DNA from: Hormiphora californensis
Lineage: Eukaryota; Animalia; Ctenophora
Direction: 5' to 3'
Length of the DNA stretch: 64,000 bases
Assembly: GCA_020137815.1 (NCBI GenBank)
Contig: CM035353.1
Span: forward strand, 7,812,001 to 7,876,000
In this document: positions 36,742 to 48,634 of the stretch, piece by piece
How the letters are laid out: each line of letters begins with the position of its first letter
Numbering within the stretch: the first letter of the stretch is position 1
Notes under the pieces: generated by a model
What the model saw: the letters and a program-made list of their open reading frames with translations, nothing else
The model's database searches: none
What the model was told of the DNA's origin: nothing
Translations under genes and position numbers: made by a program

Positions 36742-38747
36742 ATGTTGTTAGTGCTATCTGAAGCTGACAAGTCCCATCTCGCCTTCATCTCCACTCTTCC
36801 CGAACAAGTCCTACCTGATCTGGTTCGGACTGCCCTGAGCTCAGTAGTAACTAACAAACAGATAACAAAGAGTGTGCTGAGTGCTGCTGCTAAACTTGAG
36901 GTATTTAGAATTAGATCAGTGAAACCTAGATCTATCTACAAATCTAACTATAGTTCTATCAGTGTCCTACCTTCCCAGCTCATTCTGGGTAGATGCCGCA
37001 TGGTGAACATCTATTGGTTCCCTAATACCCCTCCATGTTTCACTGTGTGTAGTTTGTGTAGCCCCCCCATTAACTACACGTGCACTTGCAGGTAGATGGA
37101 GATACCCTGTGTAGTGCAATAACAACCCTAGCTAACTGCCTTCTTACAGCAGCCCGTGAGTAGGAACATTTCACATGTCCAACACCTTGTATATATCCAC
37201 TTCCTTACTTACCTGCTCCTTGCTCTGCTAACATACATTCTAACACACATTCTCCCAATATGATCTAATCCCTTCCTCTCCCACCCTAATCCATTCCTCT
37301 CCCCCACCCTAATCCCTCATTCCCCCACCCTAATCCCTTCCTCTCCCCACCCTAATCCATTCCTCTCCCCCACCCTAATCCATTCCTCTCCCCCACCCTA
37401 ATCCCTCATTCCCCCACCCTAATCCCTTCCACTCCCCACCCTAATCCATTCCTCTCCCCCACCCTAACCCCTCACTCCCCCACCCTAATCCCTCATTCCC
37501 CACCCTAATCCCTTCCTCTCCCCCACCCTAACCCCTCATTCCCCCACCCTAATCCCTTCCTCTCCCACCCTAACCCCTCATTCCCCCACCCTAATGCCTT
37601 CCTCTCCCACCCTAACCCCTCATTCCCCCACCCTAATCCCTCACTCCCCCACCCTAATCCCTCATTCCCCACCCTAATCCCTTCCTCTCCCCCACCCTAA
37701 CCCCTCATTCCCCCACCCTAATCCCTTCCTCTCCCACCCTAACCCCTCATTCCCCCACCCTAATCCCTCACTCTCCCACCCTAATCCCTTCCTCTCCCAG
37801 TATATCTAATCCCTCATTCTCCCACCCTAATCCCCCATTCTCCCACCCTAATCCCTCACTCTCCCACCCTAATCCCTTCCTCTCCCAACTAGAGAAACAT
37901 GTTAGTGAGGGTGATTTCTCTGCTTCTCTCCTTTCCAGCGGTGTTACAGGGCCCGTAACAGGAGCCCTAACTACTGTATACACAGACAACTGCCAGCTAC
38001 TACGAGATACAGTTACCAAGGCAACACTTAAGGTATTATACTATAATAGTGGGGTTTGGAGGTTTGGGAGCAACACAAATATTTGTCTTTTTACTTGTCA
38101 TTGAGAGGTCCCACAACTGATGAATTGAACGGTCCCTCAACTGATGGAACTAGACTGGAGACGGTTGTCAGTTGTGAAGTCTAAGCTAGCCAACCCATTA
38201 CCATGCACATTACTGGGCATGTTGAGGGTCGTTACTTGTTAGTTTAGTAGCTTCACTTTCCTATAACTCTCTGCGTTCAACTAACACAGTTGTAACGCGC
38301 CATACCTCTCTCTTTGAGAGTATAGCGCGCACGAGAGTCACATTGGCCTTTTGAAAGAGTTCTGAAAATGTGAAAATCAAATCAAAATAAGTCCAAGTCA
38401 CGATTCCGATGAGTACTATGACTCGTGTGATTGAAATATTAAATGGGATACAAATTCCGATAGCTCTGTAAAATATCTCTCTCCTTCCCAAATTCCAGGA
38501 GCCGCAGTATAGTAGTTTGGATTGGAGGATTGAGTGTCGAACCAACTCCCGAAGTATACGAAACACACTCTCACCTAATGTACTGACCCGTTGGACTACA
38601 ACAGATTCACAGGGACAGAGGGATCACTACCTGAACTGTGATGTTAATACCCTGGCACACATCACTGAATCACTTCAGCAGGCACAGGCAGAACTAGACT
38701 CCTTCCACAGTAGGAGAATCCTCAGGAGTCTGGATAAAATATGGTGA
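36742..38747 (+). CDS. COMMD2: COMM domain-containing protein 2; exons 36742-36900, 37092-37155, 37893-38032, 38499-38747
   Basis: N-terminus MLLVLSEADKSHLAF and COMM domain YSSLDWRIECRTNSRSIR...LQQAQAELDSFHSRRILRSL resemble COMMD2. Confidence 0.85.
37265..37888 (+). repeat. ~23-bp C-rich intronic minisatellite made of branch point plus pyrimidine-tract units
   Basis: CCACCCTAAYCCCTYMYTCYCCC repeated up to the COMMD2 exon 3 acceptor at 37891-92. Confidence 0.9.
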
Positions 38748-38976
38748 TGTAATGGGGTCAGTTATTAAACAATATCATGGTACCCAGGCCATGTGCTTGT
38801 CGTTGGTATTTTACTACAAAGTTTTTTATGTGTGTTGATTTGTTTATTGTTTTGAGTTTAATTGGTTGATGACGAATAGGCTTTTTGTATCGCTCCCAAG
38901 TTCCCCATTTAATATCCCACTATAATCAGGCTGCCCCACTAATCATCATCCCTTCTATCACTAGTATCTAGGAACT

Positions 38977-40147
38977 ATGCCTCTTGTGATGTTGTGTGGT
39001 TATCCCTGTTCGGGTAAGACGACAGTTACAGAAAAACTAAAGGTGTTCCTGGAAAAGAGAGGTCGTTGTGTTGTGCTCATAGGGGAGGAAGGTATTGACA
39101 GAAGTGCGGTGTATAACAGGTATATATCACTTCCTTGGGGTTTGCCTTCCTCAATCCTCTCTCACCCCTCTTATATTGTAAAGGAGGGTTAGAATATACA
39201 CATTTTCCATTTACTATATTAGAGGACTGTTATTTCAGATTTCATATTAACTAATTCTTTTTTCAGTACCACAGGAACAGAGAAGGAACATAGAGGGGAT
39301 TTGAGATCTAAAGTCCAGAAACTTATTAACAGGGATACTGTGGTGATATTGGATTCTTTAAACTATATTAAAGGTAGCTAGATCAAGAAATATATGATAT
39401 TTTTACCATCGACTGAGATTATAGAGCTAAATTCTCATTTCTCTTCCATTTCTTCAACTAATCTAAATCTTTATTTAGGTTTCAGATATGAGTTATTTTG
39501 CATCAGTAAGAACTTCAAGACGCCACACTGTGTGGTTCATACAATAGTTGATAGAGAGATGTGTACCAAGTGGAATGAAACCTGCCAACACTACCAACCT
39601 GGTAGGTACCATGGTTACCGTGACAGTTGCCATGGTTATATTGGTTACCATGGTAACCTCTGCCATGGTTACCATGGTTACCATGGTTACCATGGTTACC
39701 ATGGTAGCCACTGCAATTGTTGTTGTAAAAGTGTTGTAACAACTACATCCTCGCTTTAGAACTGATAGATGAACTGGCTATGAGATTTGAGGCACCAAAT
39801 TCCAGGCAGAGATGGGACAACCCATGTTTTGAGGTTGGGAAGGAGGGAATTATTGGCCAAACCCTGGAGGACATTGATAGGGCTCTCTTCTCTGAAGGTA
39901 TTATACACAACACCATATATGGGCATCACGTGACTTCTCTGAAGGTATACACAACACCATATATGGGCATCACGTGACGATAACCCCCTCTACATTTCAG
40001 GTGCAGCACCCAGACCCAACCAGTCTACCCTAAGTCCTGCCCTTGCAGCCCCTGACTTCCTCGCCCAGGTTGAGAGTATGTCACAGCAAGTTGTGGATGA
40101 GATAATTTCCCAGCAAAGTCTCGGGGTGACCTCTTTCAAAATACCAG
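38977..40147 (+). CDS. KTI12: KTI12 homolog (Elongator-associated P-loop protein); exons 38977-39119, 39267-39373, 39479-39601, 39760-39897, 40001-40147; 3' end unresolved
   Basis: MPLVMLCGYPCSGKT, ILDSLNYIKGFRYELFC, RFEAPNSRQRWDNP, PNQST. Confidence 0.88.
39607..39710. promoter_or_regulatory. Intronic cluster of RFX X-box-like motifs, (CCATGGTTA)n
   Basis: Perfect palindrome GGTTACCATGGTAACC at ~39643-39658, plus GTTGCCATGGTTAT and tandem GTTACCATG units. Matches the GTTRCCATGGYAAC consensus. Confidence 0.45.
39888..39979 (+). repeat. Two-copy splice-donor duplication in KTI12 (47-nt spacing)
   Basis: CTTCTCTGAAG|GTAT(TAT)ACACAACACCATATATGGGCATCACGTGA occurs twice. GT at 39898 and 39945. 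Confidence 0.85.
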
Positions 40148-41177
40148 GTGGGTTGTGGAGAAATGCAGGAGTTCGATCTTTGTAAGAACAATCAATGTGA
40201 GTACAGTGATTTAAAACGCGAACTAAAGCCATTCGTACATTTAAGTCAATCCCAGCTCACTGGACAAGGTGTCTCTGAAGATTCAGGTTAGTACCTTCAA
40301 AAGAACACTTTTATTGTGTCCAATAGTACGGTATAAGAAGGCGTTTTTTAATTTATCGTGAGTTCACTGAGTTTATCCACACAGCAGCTGACCGAATATG
40401 TATTGTTAAGCTTAGATTCTTTAGTACCTCAAAATGCACTTTTATTTGTCAGACTGTTAGAGCTGATGTTTTTTCACAGGATATTGGGAAACATTGGTGG
40501 GATTGAGACATATAGGTTCACATTGCCATATCCTCTTCTTTCTCTCCCTCTCGTTTTGTCTCTTTCAATAACCGTAGACTCGAGATGAGGCCGTTAATGT
40601 TTAGTGGACACTTGAGGTTGTGTTAGCTATATAGTGCAATGTGTAGGCATGTGAGTGCGTGTTCTCACAAGGACTGCTGATGGTGTCATGTGGTTGCGTT
40701 ACTCACATCAATTATTCAAGTGTCACATCCTATCTCTTTTTTTTCTCTCTCCTTCTCTCTCTCCCCTATCGCTTTCTCTTGTTCTCTCTCTCGTCTCTCT
40801 CCCATCATAACTCCCAGTCCTATACCTCCTCAGTGTGGGTGCCCCTTCTTCTGGTTGAACTCCTTTGTCTCGGTTCTCTCTCTACATCTCTCCACTCTTC
40901 TCTCTAGGTGTAAATCCCGTGCGTCCTGTGAGTTGTAGTGGATCACGATCTGAAGTCCACGCTCACGATGCTTCGTGATACCTGGCCGAGGAGGTGCCCA
41001 GAGCGGGGATGGGTACGCTATGGCAGTATAGAGGATCACGAGCGAGCGTCGTGGGGTCCGCGAGAGGTCATTGAGACGATGGAGAGGAGAGCAGTCATGA
41101 GATCTTCTCTGATGTTCGAGTCTGTCTTGGCTTCTCTCGCTCCTCTCTCTAGGCGTTCGATCTCTCATTCTTCTCGT

Positions 41178-41212
<35 letters not shown>

Positions 41213-41588
41213 TCTCCCTTCTGGCTTCTGTCAACTTCCCCCGCATCGCTACGTCTCTCCACTGACCACGCGCCGTCTAACAATATTGTTCTGTTTGAGT
41301 TTTTGATTCTTAAATTATTTGACGTGTTTTATAAAGGAGCATGGATGTTTCAACTAAAAGCGTGCCTGTATTCTCTTTACATGCAATTGCATCGTTTTTC
41401 TGTGTAATGACCTTTAAGTTTAATAATTTATCTCCGCTCTATCTTTAAACTATCTTCAAATTTATCCTTCCTACACTAGTTTCTTTTGTTCTCTACGTTT
41501 CTCTGTCCATGCTCCTTCCTTTCTAGTTTCTTCTGTTGTAACATTCCTTTACTGTGTTTACCCTAACTGTTCATTTCTGTGTTTAGCC

Positions 41589-44500
41589 ATGATTGTTACC
41601 AGTGCTGGCAAGAGCAGGTCTCCAGGGCGATCCCCAATGAAGAGTGAGATAGTGTTCGACCCGAATCTAAATGAGTCTGATCACTACGAGGGGACAAAGA
41701 GAAAACAACACACCCCAACCACACCCGGCCCTCAACCATCAGGTAGAAACAACACACCCCAACCACACCCGGCCCTCAACCATTAGGTAGAAACAACACA
41801 CCCCAACCACACCCGGCCCTCAACCATCAGGTAGAAACAACACACCCCAACCACACCCGGCCCTCAACCATCAGGTAGAAACAACACACCCCAACCACAC
41901 CCGGCCCTCAACCATCAGGTAGAAACAACACACTCGGCCCTCAACCATTAGGTAGAAACAACACACCCCAACCACACCCGGCCCTCAACCATCAGGTAGA
42001 AACAACACACCCCAACCACACCCGGCCCTCAACCATCAGGTAGGAACAACACACTCGGCCCTCAACCATCAGGTAGAAACAACACACCCCAACCACACCC
42101 GGCCCTCAACCATCAGGTAGAAACAACACACCCCAACCACACCCGGCCCTCAACCATCAGGTAGAAACAACACACCCCAACCACACCCGGCCCTCAACCA
42201 TCAGGTAGAAACAACACACCCCAACCACACCCGGCCCTCAACCATCAGGTAGAAACAACACACCCCAACCACACCCGGCCCTCAACCATCAGGTAGAAAC
42301 AACACACCCCAACCACACCCGGCCCTCAACCATCAGGTAGAAAACAACACACCCCAACCACACCCGGCCCTCAACCATCAGGTAGAAACAACACACCCCA
42401 ACCACACCCGGCCCTCAACTATCAGGTAGAAACAACACACTCGGCCCTCAACCATTAGGTAGAAACAACACACCCCAACCACACCCGGCCCTCAACCAGC
42501 AGGTAGAAACAACACACTCGGCCCTCAACCATCAGGTAGAAACAACACACCCCAACCACACCCGGCCCTCAACCATCAGGTAGAAACAACACACCCCAAC
42601 CACACCCGGCCCTCAACCATCAGGTAGAAACAACACACCCCAACCACACCCGGCCCTCAACCATCAGGTAGAAACAACACACCCCAACCACACCCGGCCC
42701 TCAACCATCAGGTAGAAACAACACACCCCAACCACACCCGGCCCTCAACCATCAGGTAGAAACAACACACCCCAACCACACCCGGCCCTCAACCATCAGG
42801 TAGAAACAACACACCCCAACCACACCCGGCCCTCAACCATCAGGTAGAAACAACACACTCGGCCCTCAACCATCAGGTAGAAACAACACACCCCAACCAC
42901 ACCCGGCCCTCAACCATCAGGTAGAAACAACACACCCCAACAACTGCACCCGACCCTCAACCATCAGGTAGAAACAACACACCCCAACCACACCCGGCCC
43001 TCAACCATCAGGTAGAAATAACACACCCCAACCACACCCGGCCCTCAACCATCAGGTAGAAACAACACACCCCAACAACTGCACCCGACCCTCAACCATC
43101 AGGTAGAAACAACACACCCCAACCACACCCGGCCCTCAACCATCAGGTAGAAACAACACATCCCAACCACACCCGGCCCTCAACCATCAGGTAGAAACAA
43201 CACACTCGGCCCTCAACCATCAGGTAGAAACAACACACCCCAACAACTGCACCCGACCCTCAACCATCAGGTAGAAACAACACACCCCAACCACACCCGG
43301 CCCTCAACCATCAGGTAGAAACAACACACCCGGCCCTCAACCATCAGGTAGAAACAACACACCCCAACCACACCCGGCCCTCAACCATCAGGTAGAAACA
43401 ACACAGTCACCCCAACCACACCCGGCCCTCAACCATCAGGTAGAAACAACACATCCCAACCACACCCGGCCCTCAACCATCAGGTAGAAACAACACACCC
43501 GGCCCTCAACCATCAGGTAGAAACAACACACCCCAACCACACCCGGCCCTCAACCATCAGGTAGAAACAACACACCCCAACCACACCCGGCCCTCAACCA
43601 TCAGGTAGAAACAACACACTCCAACCACACCCGGCCCTCAACCATCAGGTAGAAACAACACACTCGGCCCTCAACCATTCAGGTAGAAACAACACACCCC
43701 AACCACACCCGGCCCTCAACCATCAGGTAGAAACAACACACCCCAACCACACCCGGCCCTCAACCATCAGGTAGGAACAACACACTCGGCCCTCAACCAT
43801 CAGGTAGAAACAACACACCCCAACCACACCCGGCCCTCAACCATCAGGTAGAAACAACACACCCCAACCACACCCGGCCCTCAACCATCAGGTAGAAACA
43901 ACACACCCCAACCACACCCGGCCCTCAACCATCAGGTAGAAACAACACACCCCAACCACACCCGGCCCTCAACCATCAGGTAGAAACAACACACCCCAAC
44001 CACACCCGGCCCTCAACCATCAGGTAGAAACAACACACCCCAACCACACCCGGCCCTCAACCATCAGGTAGAAACAACACACCCCAACCACACCCGGCCC
44101 TCAACTATCAGGTAGAAACAACACACTCGGCCCTCAACCATTAGGTAGAAACAACACACCCCAACCACACCCGGCCCTCAACCAGCAGGTAGAAACAACA
44201 CCCGGCCCTCAACCGTCAGGTAGAAACAACACACCCCAACCACACCCGGCCCTCAACCATCAGGTAGAAACAACACACCCCAACCACACCCGGCCCTCAA
44301 CCATCAGGTAGAAACAACACACCCCAACCACACCCGGCCCTCAACCATCAGGTAGAAACAACACAGTACACACCCCAACCACACCCGGCCCTCAACCATT
44401 AGGTAGAAACAACACACCCCAACCACACCCGGCCCTCAACCATCAGGTAGAAACAACACACCCCAACCACACCCGGCCCTCAACCATCAGGTAGAAACAA

Positions 44501-45426
44501 CACACCCCAACCACACCCGGCCCTCAACCATCAGGTAGAAACAACACACCCCAACCACACTCGGCCCTCAACCATCAGGTAGAAACAACACACCCCAACC
44601 ACACCCGGCCCTCAACCATCAGGTAGAAACAACACACCCCAACCACACCCGGCCCTCAACCATCAGGTAGAAACAACACACCCCAACCACACCCGGCCCT
44701 CAACCATCAGGTAGAAACAACACACCCCAACCACACTCGGCCCTCAACCATCAGGTAGAAACAACACACCCCAACCACACCCGGCCCTCAACCATCAGGT
44801 AGAAACAACACACCCCAATCACACCCGGCCCTCAACCATCAGGTAGAAACAACAAACAGTCCACGATGACGAAGTAATCAAATCTCTACCATCCTCATTC
44901 ATGTTATTTCCTATTTACCCCTGGCCCCTACAATTATCTCCCGATACAAATCGTAAACACATGACGCTCCACTACCCATTATATTTATATGACGTCACCA
45001 CTCTGCAGGATTAACACGGGCCACTACGTGGACAGATGATGTTGAGGAAAACTACAGATTCCAGACCGCTGGTTACCGAGATCTCAAAGAGTACTGTCAT
45101 GTTCAAGGTAATGTTTACCACATCAATACCTTGATCTGTGTACTTTAAACCATCCTATCAGATGAACACAATATTCTGTCATTGCCTGTCAGTATGATAC
45201 CTGACCTCTCCCTCCCTCCTCCCGAATATCTCTAACTATTCCAACTTCCCGTAACACCTCTCAATATTGCAGGTGTATCAGATGTTGAAGTGAGCAGGTG
45301 GCCTCACAACGGCTATGTCAAGATGCTTCTCTCTAGGAAGGGTGGATTTATCTACTTCAACAAGGATAGAGAATGCATGGATAAAGATTTACACAAATGT
45401 AAAATGTTCAATTACAACACACAGTG
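41589..45426 (+). CDS. MEIG1: Meiosis-expressed gene 1 homolog; exons 41589-41742, 45009-45107, 45273-45426
   Basis: [22 protein letters not shown]...[11 protein letters not shown]...[23 protein letters not shown] matches the MEIG1 family. Phases are consistent (1 and 1). Confidence 0.88.
41704..44854 (+). repeat. 44-bp tandem array of exon end plus splice donor (~70-75 copies, with shorter ~31-bp variants)
   Basis: AACAACACACCCCAACCACACCCGGCCCTCAACCATCAG|GTAGA. First GT at 41743, last at 44843. Confidence 0.95.
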
Positions 45427-45698
45427 AACCTCAGAGACTACAGCTGATACGTGATGGGTGGATGTTTGAATTGTTAACCCCATTATTTATTTTGTCAAAT
45501 TTTGCGAATCGTGAATTAGACTGGTAAATAGACGCAATTTGATGATTTTATGGGGATGGATCTTGCTGGCCAAAATCAGAGGAGTTTTAAAGAAGAGCCA
45601 GTATATGTAAAGTTATTTGTGTGTACATAATCATTATGTGTACAGTATAAGAAGTATTACTTTCCAAAATATAGATGAGAGTTTCTATTTGAAAATTG

Positions 45699-46133
45699 GT
45701 GGGGGGTCCAGCCCTAAAAAAGCTAGGCCGTCGGCCAAAATTGGGGTACCGTTAGCCTTTTTTAGCTTTGTTTGTTTGTTTGTTTGTTTGTGATTGCTGC
45801 GTCTGGAGGCCGAGGATGACCTGCTCGAAAGTAGTAGAGGCTGCACCGAACACGCTTATTAGGCGCCCCAGCACGTCCACCTGCACCACTCCGCCGTAGC
45901 AAGGCCACCCACCAATCAGTTTATGCAGAGCATGTTACTTCAGACGCTCCAGGAAGACCGTGGTCAACCACTGGCGACACCGAGCAGCGAGAGCCGCACG
46001 GCGTCGACAGGGGTTATTTATTAGCTTTTATTGTGCCCTTTTTCTAAAAAAGGGTGCTAAAAAAGGCTAAAAAGCTAGGCCATCGGCAAAAATCAGGGTA
46101 CTGTTAGCTTTTCTGGGGTGGACCCTCTCCCAC
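45699..46133. mobile_element. Degenerate MITE-like element
   Basis: GGTGGGGGGTCCAGCCCTAAAAAAGCTA ... TAGCTTTTCTGGGGTGGACCCTCTCCCACC. An internal segment recurs inverted at ~60600-60680. Confidence 0.5.
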
Positions 46134-46173
46134 CCCTGGGTAGATTACATATTCTTGCAAAAAGTATTTCCGT

Positions 46174-46255
46174 CGCGAACGGTAGGATTCGAACCTACGC
46201 GGGCAGAGCCCAATTGATTTCTAGTCAATCGCCTTAACCACTCGGCCACGTCCGC
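46174..46255 (-). tRNA. tRNA-Ser(AGA)
   Basis: GCGGACGTGGCCGAGTGGTTAAGGCGATTGACTAGAAATCAATTGGGCTCTGCCCGCGTAGGTTCGAATCCTACCGTTCGCG: 82 nt, long variable arm, anticodon AGA, T run downstream. Confidence 0.95.
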
Positions 46256-46649
46256 ATGTTAAATCGTGCATTTCTCGGGTATATATTATATTTACGGGCA
46301 GGCCCAATCTCCGAGAGATCTGCGTGGCAATTACCCTCCAAAGACGCAACATGCCCAAAGTTGCCTTTTCCGGCCCCCTTTTCCCTTGGTAACGAAGTAA
46401 ACCCTTGCCAACCTTTTCCCACCCTGAGGCAGTCGAATAAAACCAGACTGAGCTAATGATATCAAATGTAAAATACTATCTACCTCACCAAGACGTTTCA
46501 GAAGCGTACACCATGAGTTGTTTTGTTCAACAAACCATGAGTAAGGGGAGAGTACAGAACTAGTCGCCAATTACCAAATACCCGGGTTGGTATGACGTAC
46601 CCAATGATTTACCATGTTAAATCCCACACGTTCCTTTTAGATTTTGGGT

Positions 46650-46689
46650 GGCTTTGAAAAAAGCCTTTTTGCCGTGCCCGAGGCACGAC
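46650..46689 (-). promoter_or_regulatory. Histone 3' stem-loop plus upstream extra hairpin (H2A.X-like gene)
   Basis: mRNA sense GTCGTGCC-TCG-GGCACGGC AAAAA GGCTTT-TTTC-AAAGCC ACCCA. Confidence 0.9.
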
Positions 46690-46707
46690 GGGTGTAATCA
46701 GGGGAGT

Positions 46708-47109
46708 TTAAAACTCTTGACTCTGAGAACTTTTCTTCCCTGATTTTCCGGCAGCAGCAGATTTCTTGGGCAGGAGAACGGCCTGGATGTTGGGCAGAAC
46801 ACCTCCCTGAGCAATGGTTACCCCGGCGAGAAGCTTGTTCAGCTCCTCGTCGTTCCTTACAGCCAGTTGCAAGTGTCGAGGAATGATCCTAGTCTTCTTG
46901 TTGTCACGGGCAGCGTTACCAGCCAATTCCAGAATTTCAGCAGCCAGGTACTCCATAACAGCTGCTAGGTAGACGGGGGCTCCAGCTCCCACTCGTTCAG
47001 CATAGTTGCCTTTCCTAAGCAGACGGTGAACACGACCAACGGGGAACTGAAGTCCAGCCCTGGAAGATCGAGATTTGGCCTTAGCCTTAGCTTTGCCACG
47101 TCCAGACAT
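46708..47109 (-). CDS. H2AX: Histone H2A with C-terminal SQEF motif (H2A.X-like)
   Basis: Canonical H2A fold, ending [12 protein letters not shown]. Confidence 0.9.
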   Translation of the reverse strand: MSGRGKAKAKAKSRSSRAGLQFPVGRVHRLLRKGNYAERVGAGAPVYLAAVMEYLAAEILELAGNAARDNKKTRIIPRHLQLAVRNDEELNKLLAGVTIAQGGVLPNIQAVLLPKKSAAAGKSGKKSSQSQEF

Positions 47110-47503
47110 GCTGTATCAGGTAGGTTGACGTACGGTTGATTAAAATGTTGCACGGAAGAATTGAATTGGTTCGGTGAAAAAATTCAAGGTATTTACCTAT
47201 GTTGTCGGATTTTAAAGAGCCAATGAAAGAGCTTCATTTAAAAAACTGGTTTTCTATTGGATACAACTAATTGCAATGTAGAGAGCCATTAAGGATACTC
47301 CATATTGGACATGTGATTACATCGTATCCAATGAAAGAGGGTCAGTTCGCGCGCGCTTTTCTCTCATTGGTCGGCTATAAAACCCTGCTTTCTCATTGGT
47401 TCACTGGCGTCACAAAATCCGATGTTGTTTAAATATCGTCGCTCGCGACCCTGTAAACAATTCAAAATTTCTAGCTGAACATCTCCAAATCCAAAGTTTC
47501 AAC
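47110..47503. promoter_or_regulatory. Bidirectional H2A/H2B promoter
   Basis: Several CCAAT/ATTGG boxes and TATAAAA at ~47376. Near-identical inverted copy at 52081-52477. Confidence 0.75.
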
Positions 47504-47878
47504 ATGCCCCCTGTTTCTGGAAAGAAAGCTGAGAAGAAGGCAGGCAAGAAGGCCGGCCGTGTCGGAGGAGACAAGAAGCGAAGGAAGAAGAGGAAGGAGT
47601 CTTACTCCATCTACATCTACAAGGTCCTCAAGCAGGTCCACCCTGACACTGGAATCAGCTCCAAGGCCATGTCCATCATGAACTCTTTCGTGAACGACAT
47701 CTTTGAGAGGATCGCCGGAGAGGCCTCTCGACTGGGACACTACAACAAGCGTAAGACCATCTCCTCCAGAGAGGTCCAGACCGCCGTCAGGCTGCTTTTG
47801 CCCGGTGAACTCGCCAAACACGCTGTCTCTGAGGGAACCAAGGCTGTGACCAAGTACACTTCCTCAACCTCCAAGTAA
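47504..47878 (+). CDS. H2B: Histone H2B
   Basis: MPPVSGKK...[27 protein letters not shown]...[11 protein letters not shown]. Confidence 0.97.
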   Translation: MPPVSGKKAEKKAGKKAGRVGGDKKRRKKRKESYSIYIYKVLKQVHPDTGISSKAMSIMNSFVNDIFERIAGEASRLGHYNKRKTISSREVQTAVRLLLPGELAKHAVSEGTKAVTKYTSSTSK

Positions 47879-47892
47879 ACTGGAGATGACCC

Positions 47893-47935
47893 GTCGTGTT
47901 TTATAAACACGGCAAAAAAGGCTTTTTTCAAAGCC
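47893..47935 (+). promoter_or_regulatory. Histone 3' stem-loop plus upstream extra hairpin (H2B)
   Basis: GTCGTGTTT-TAT-AAACACGGC AAAAAA GGCTTT-TTTC-AAAGCC ACCCA, with purine-rich AAAGAAG downstream. Confidence 0.9.
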
Positions 47936-48634
47936 ACCCAATTTTAAAAAAGAAGCATGACAGTACCTCGCAATTCGATTTAGGATAAGTATGAAGGTCA
48001 TTCAACATGAAACTATTCATAATGAAGGTTATTCAACATGAAACTATTCATAATGAACCTGTTCACGCTTTTAACCCCCTGTTGAAGTTAGGCTTTAGGG
48101 ACCGGTTTGTCAAGAAATTAGGTAGCTTGTTTCTAAATTTTCTTGTTATGTTCTAACCCTCCCTTTACTTTGTAAAGGAAGGGCCCGGAAGGGGGCAGGG
48201 CGCCCGAATCATAGTCTAGCCAGGCAAAACTTTTCATGATTTCACGGCTGTCGGCTATACCGGGAGCCTTCAGACCACTTACTAAACAAAACACAAAATT
48301 GTTGCTTTAGTTTGTAATTTTACAAACTAAAGCAACAAGCAAAGTGCAATAAACCATATTCCCACGAAAAATTAAATTTGATAAAAATTAAATTTGATAA
48401 AATGGGATTCTAACTTTTTGATAAAATGTGATATCCGATTTCGTTAAAAATGGGTACCCCATTTTATCAAAATAAAAGTCCACTGCAAATTTTCAAGGTA
48501 GTATGGGATAGTGCCAGATCTCTGCTATGGTATTCGTTCAAGGGTTAATTTTGGTGTTAATGTGTTAGCTTGGTCCAAATAAGACACACCTTGACCTATG
48601 AAGACGGTTGCCTGGCTAAACTTTGGTAATGGTA

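Noticed and set aside
40659-41306. Overlapping ORFs on both strands between KTI12 and MEIG1
   Set aside because: Low-complexity CT-rich sequence with no recognisable protein motif.
47396-47503. 36-aa N-terminal extension of H2B in the ORF track (also 52081-52188)
   Set aside because: Starts at a non-ATG codon within the promoter/5'UTR; the real ATGs are 47504 and 52080.
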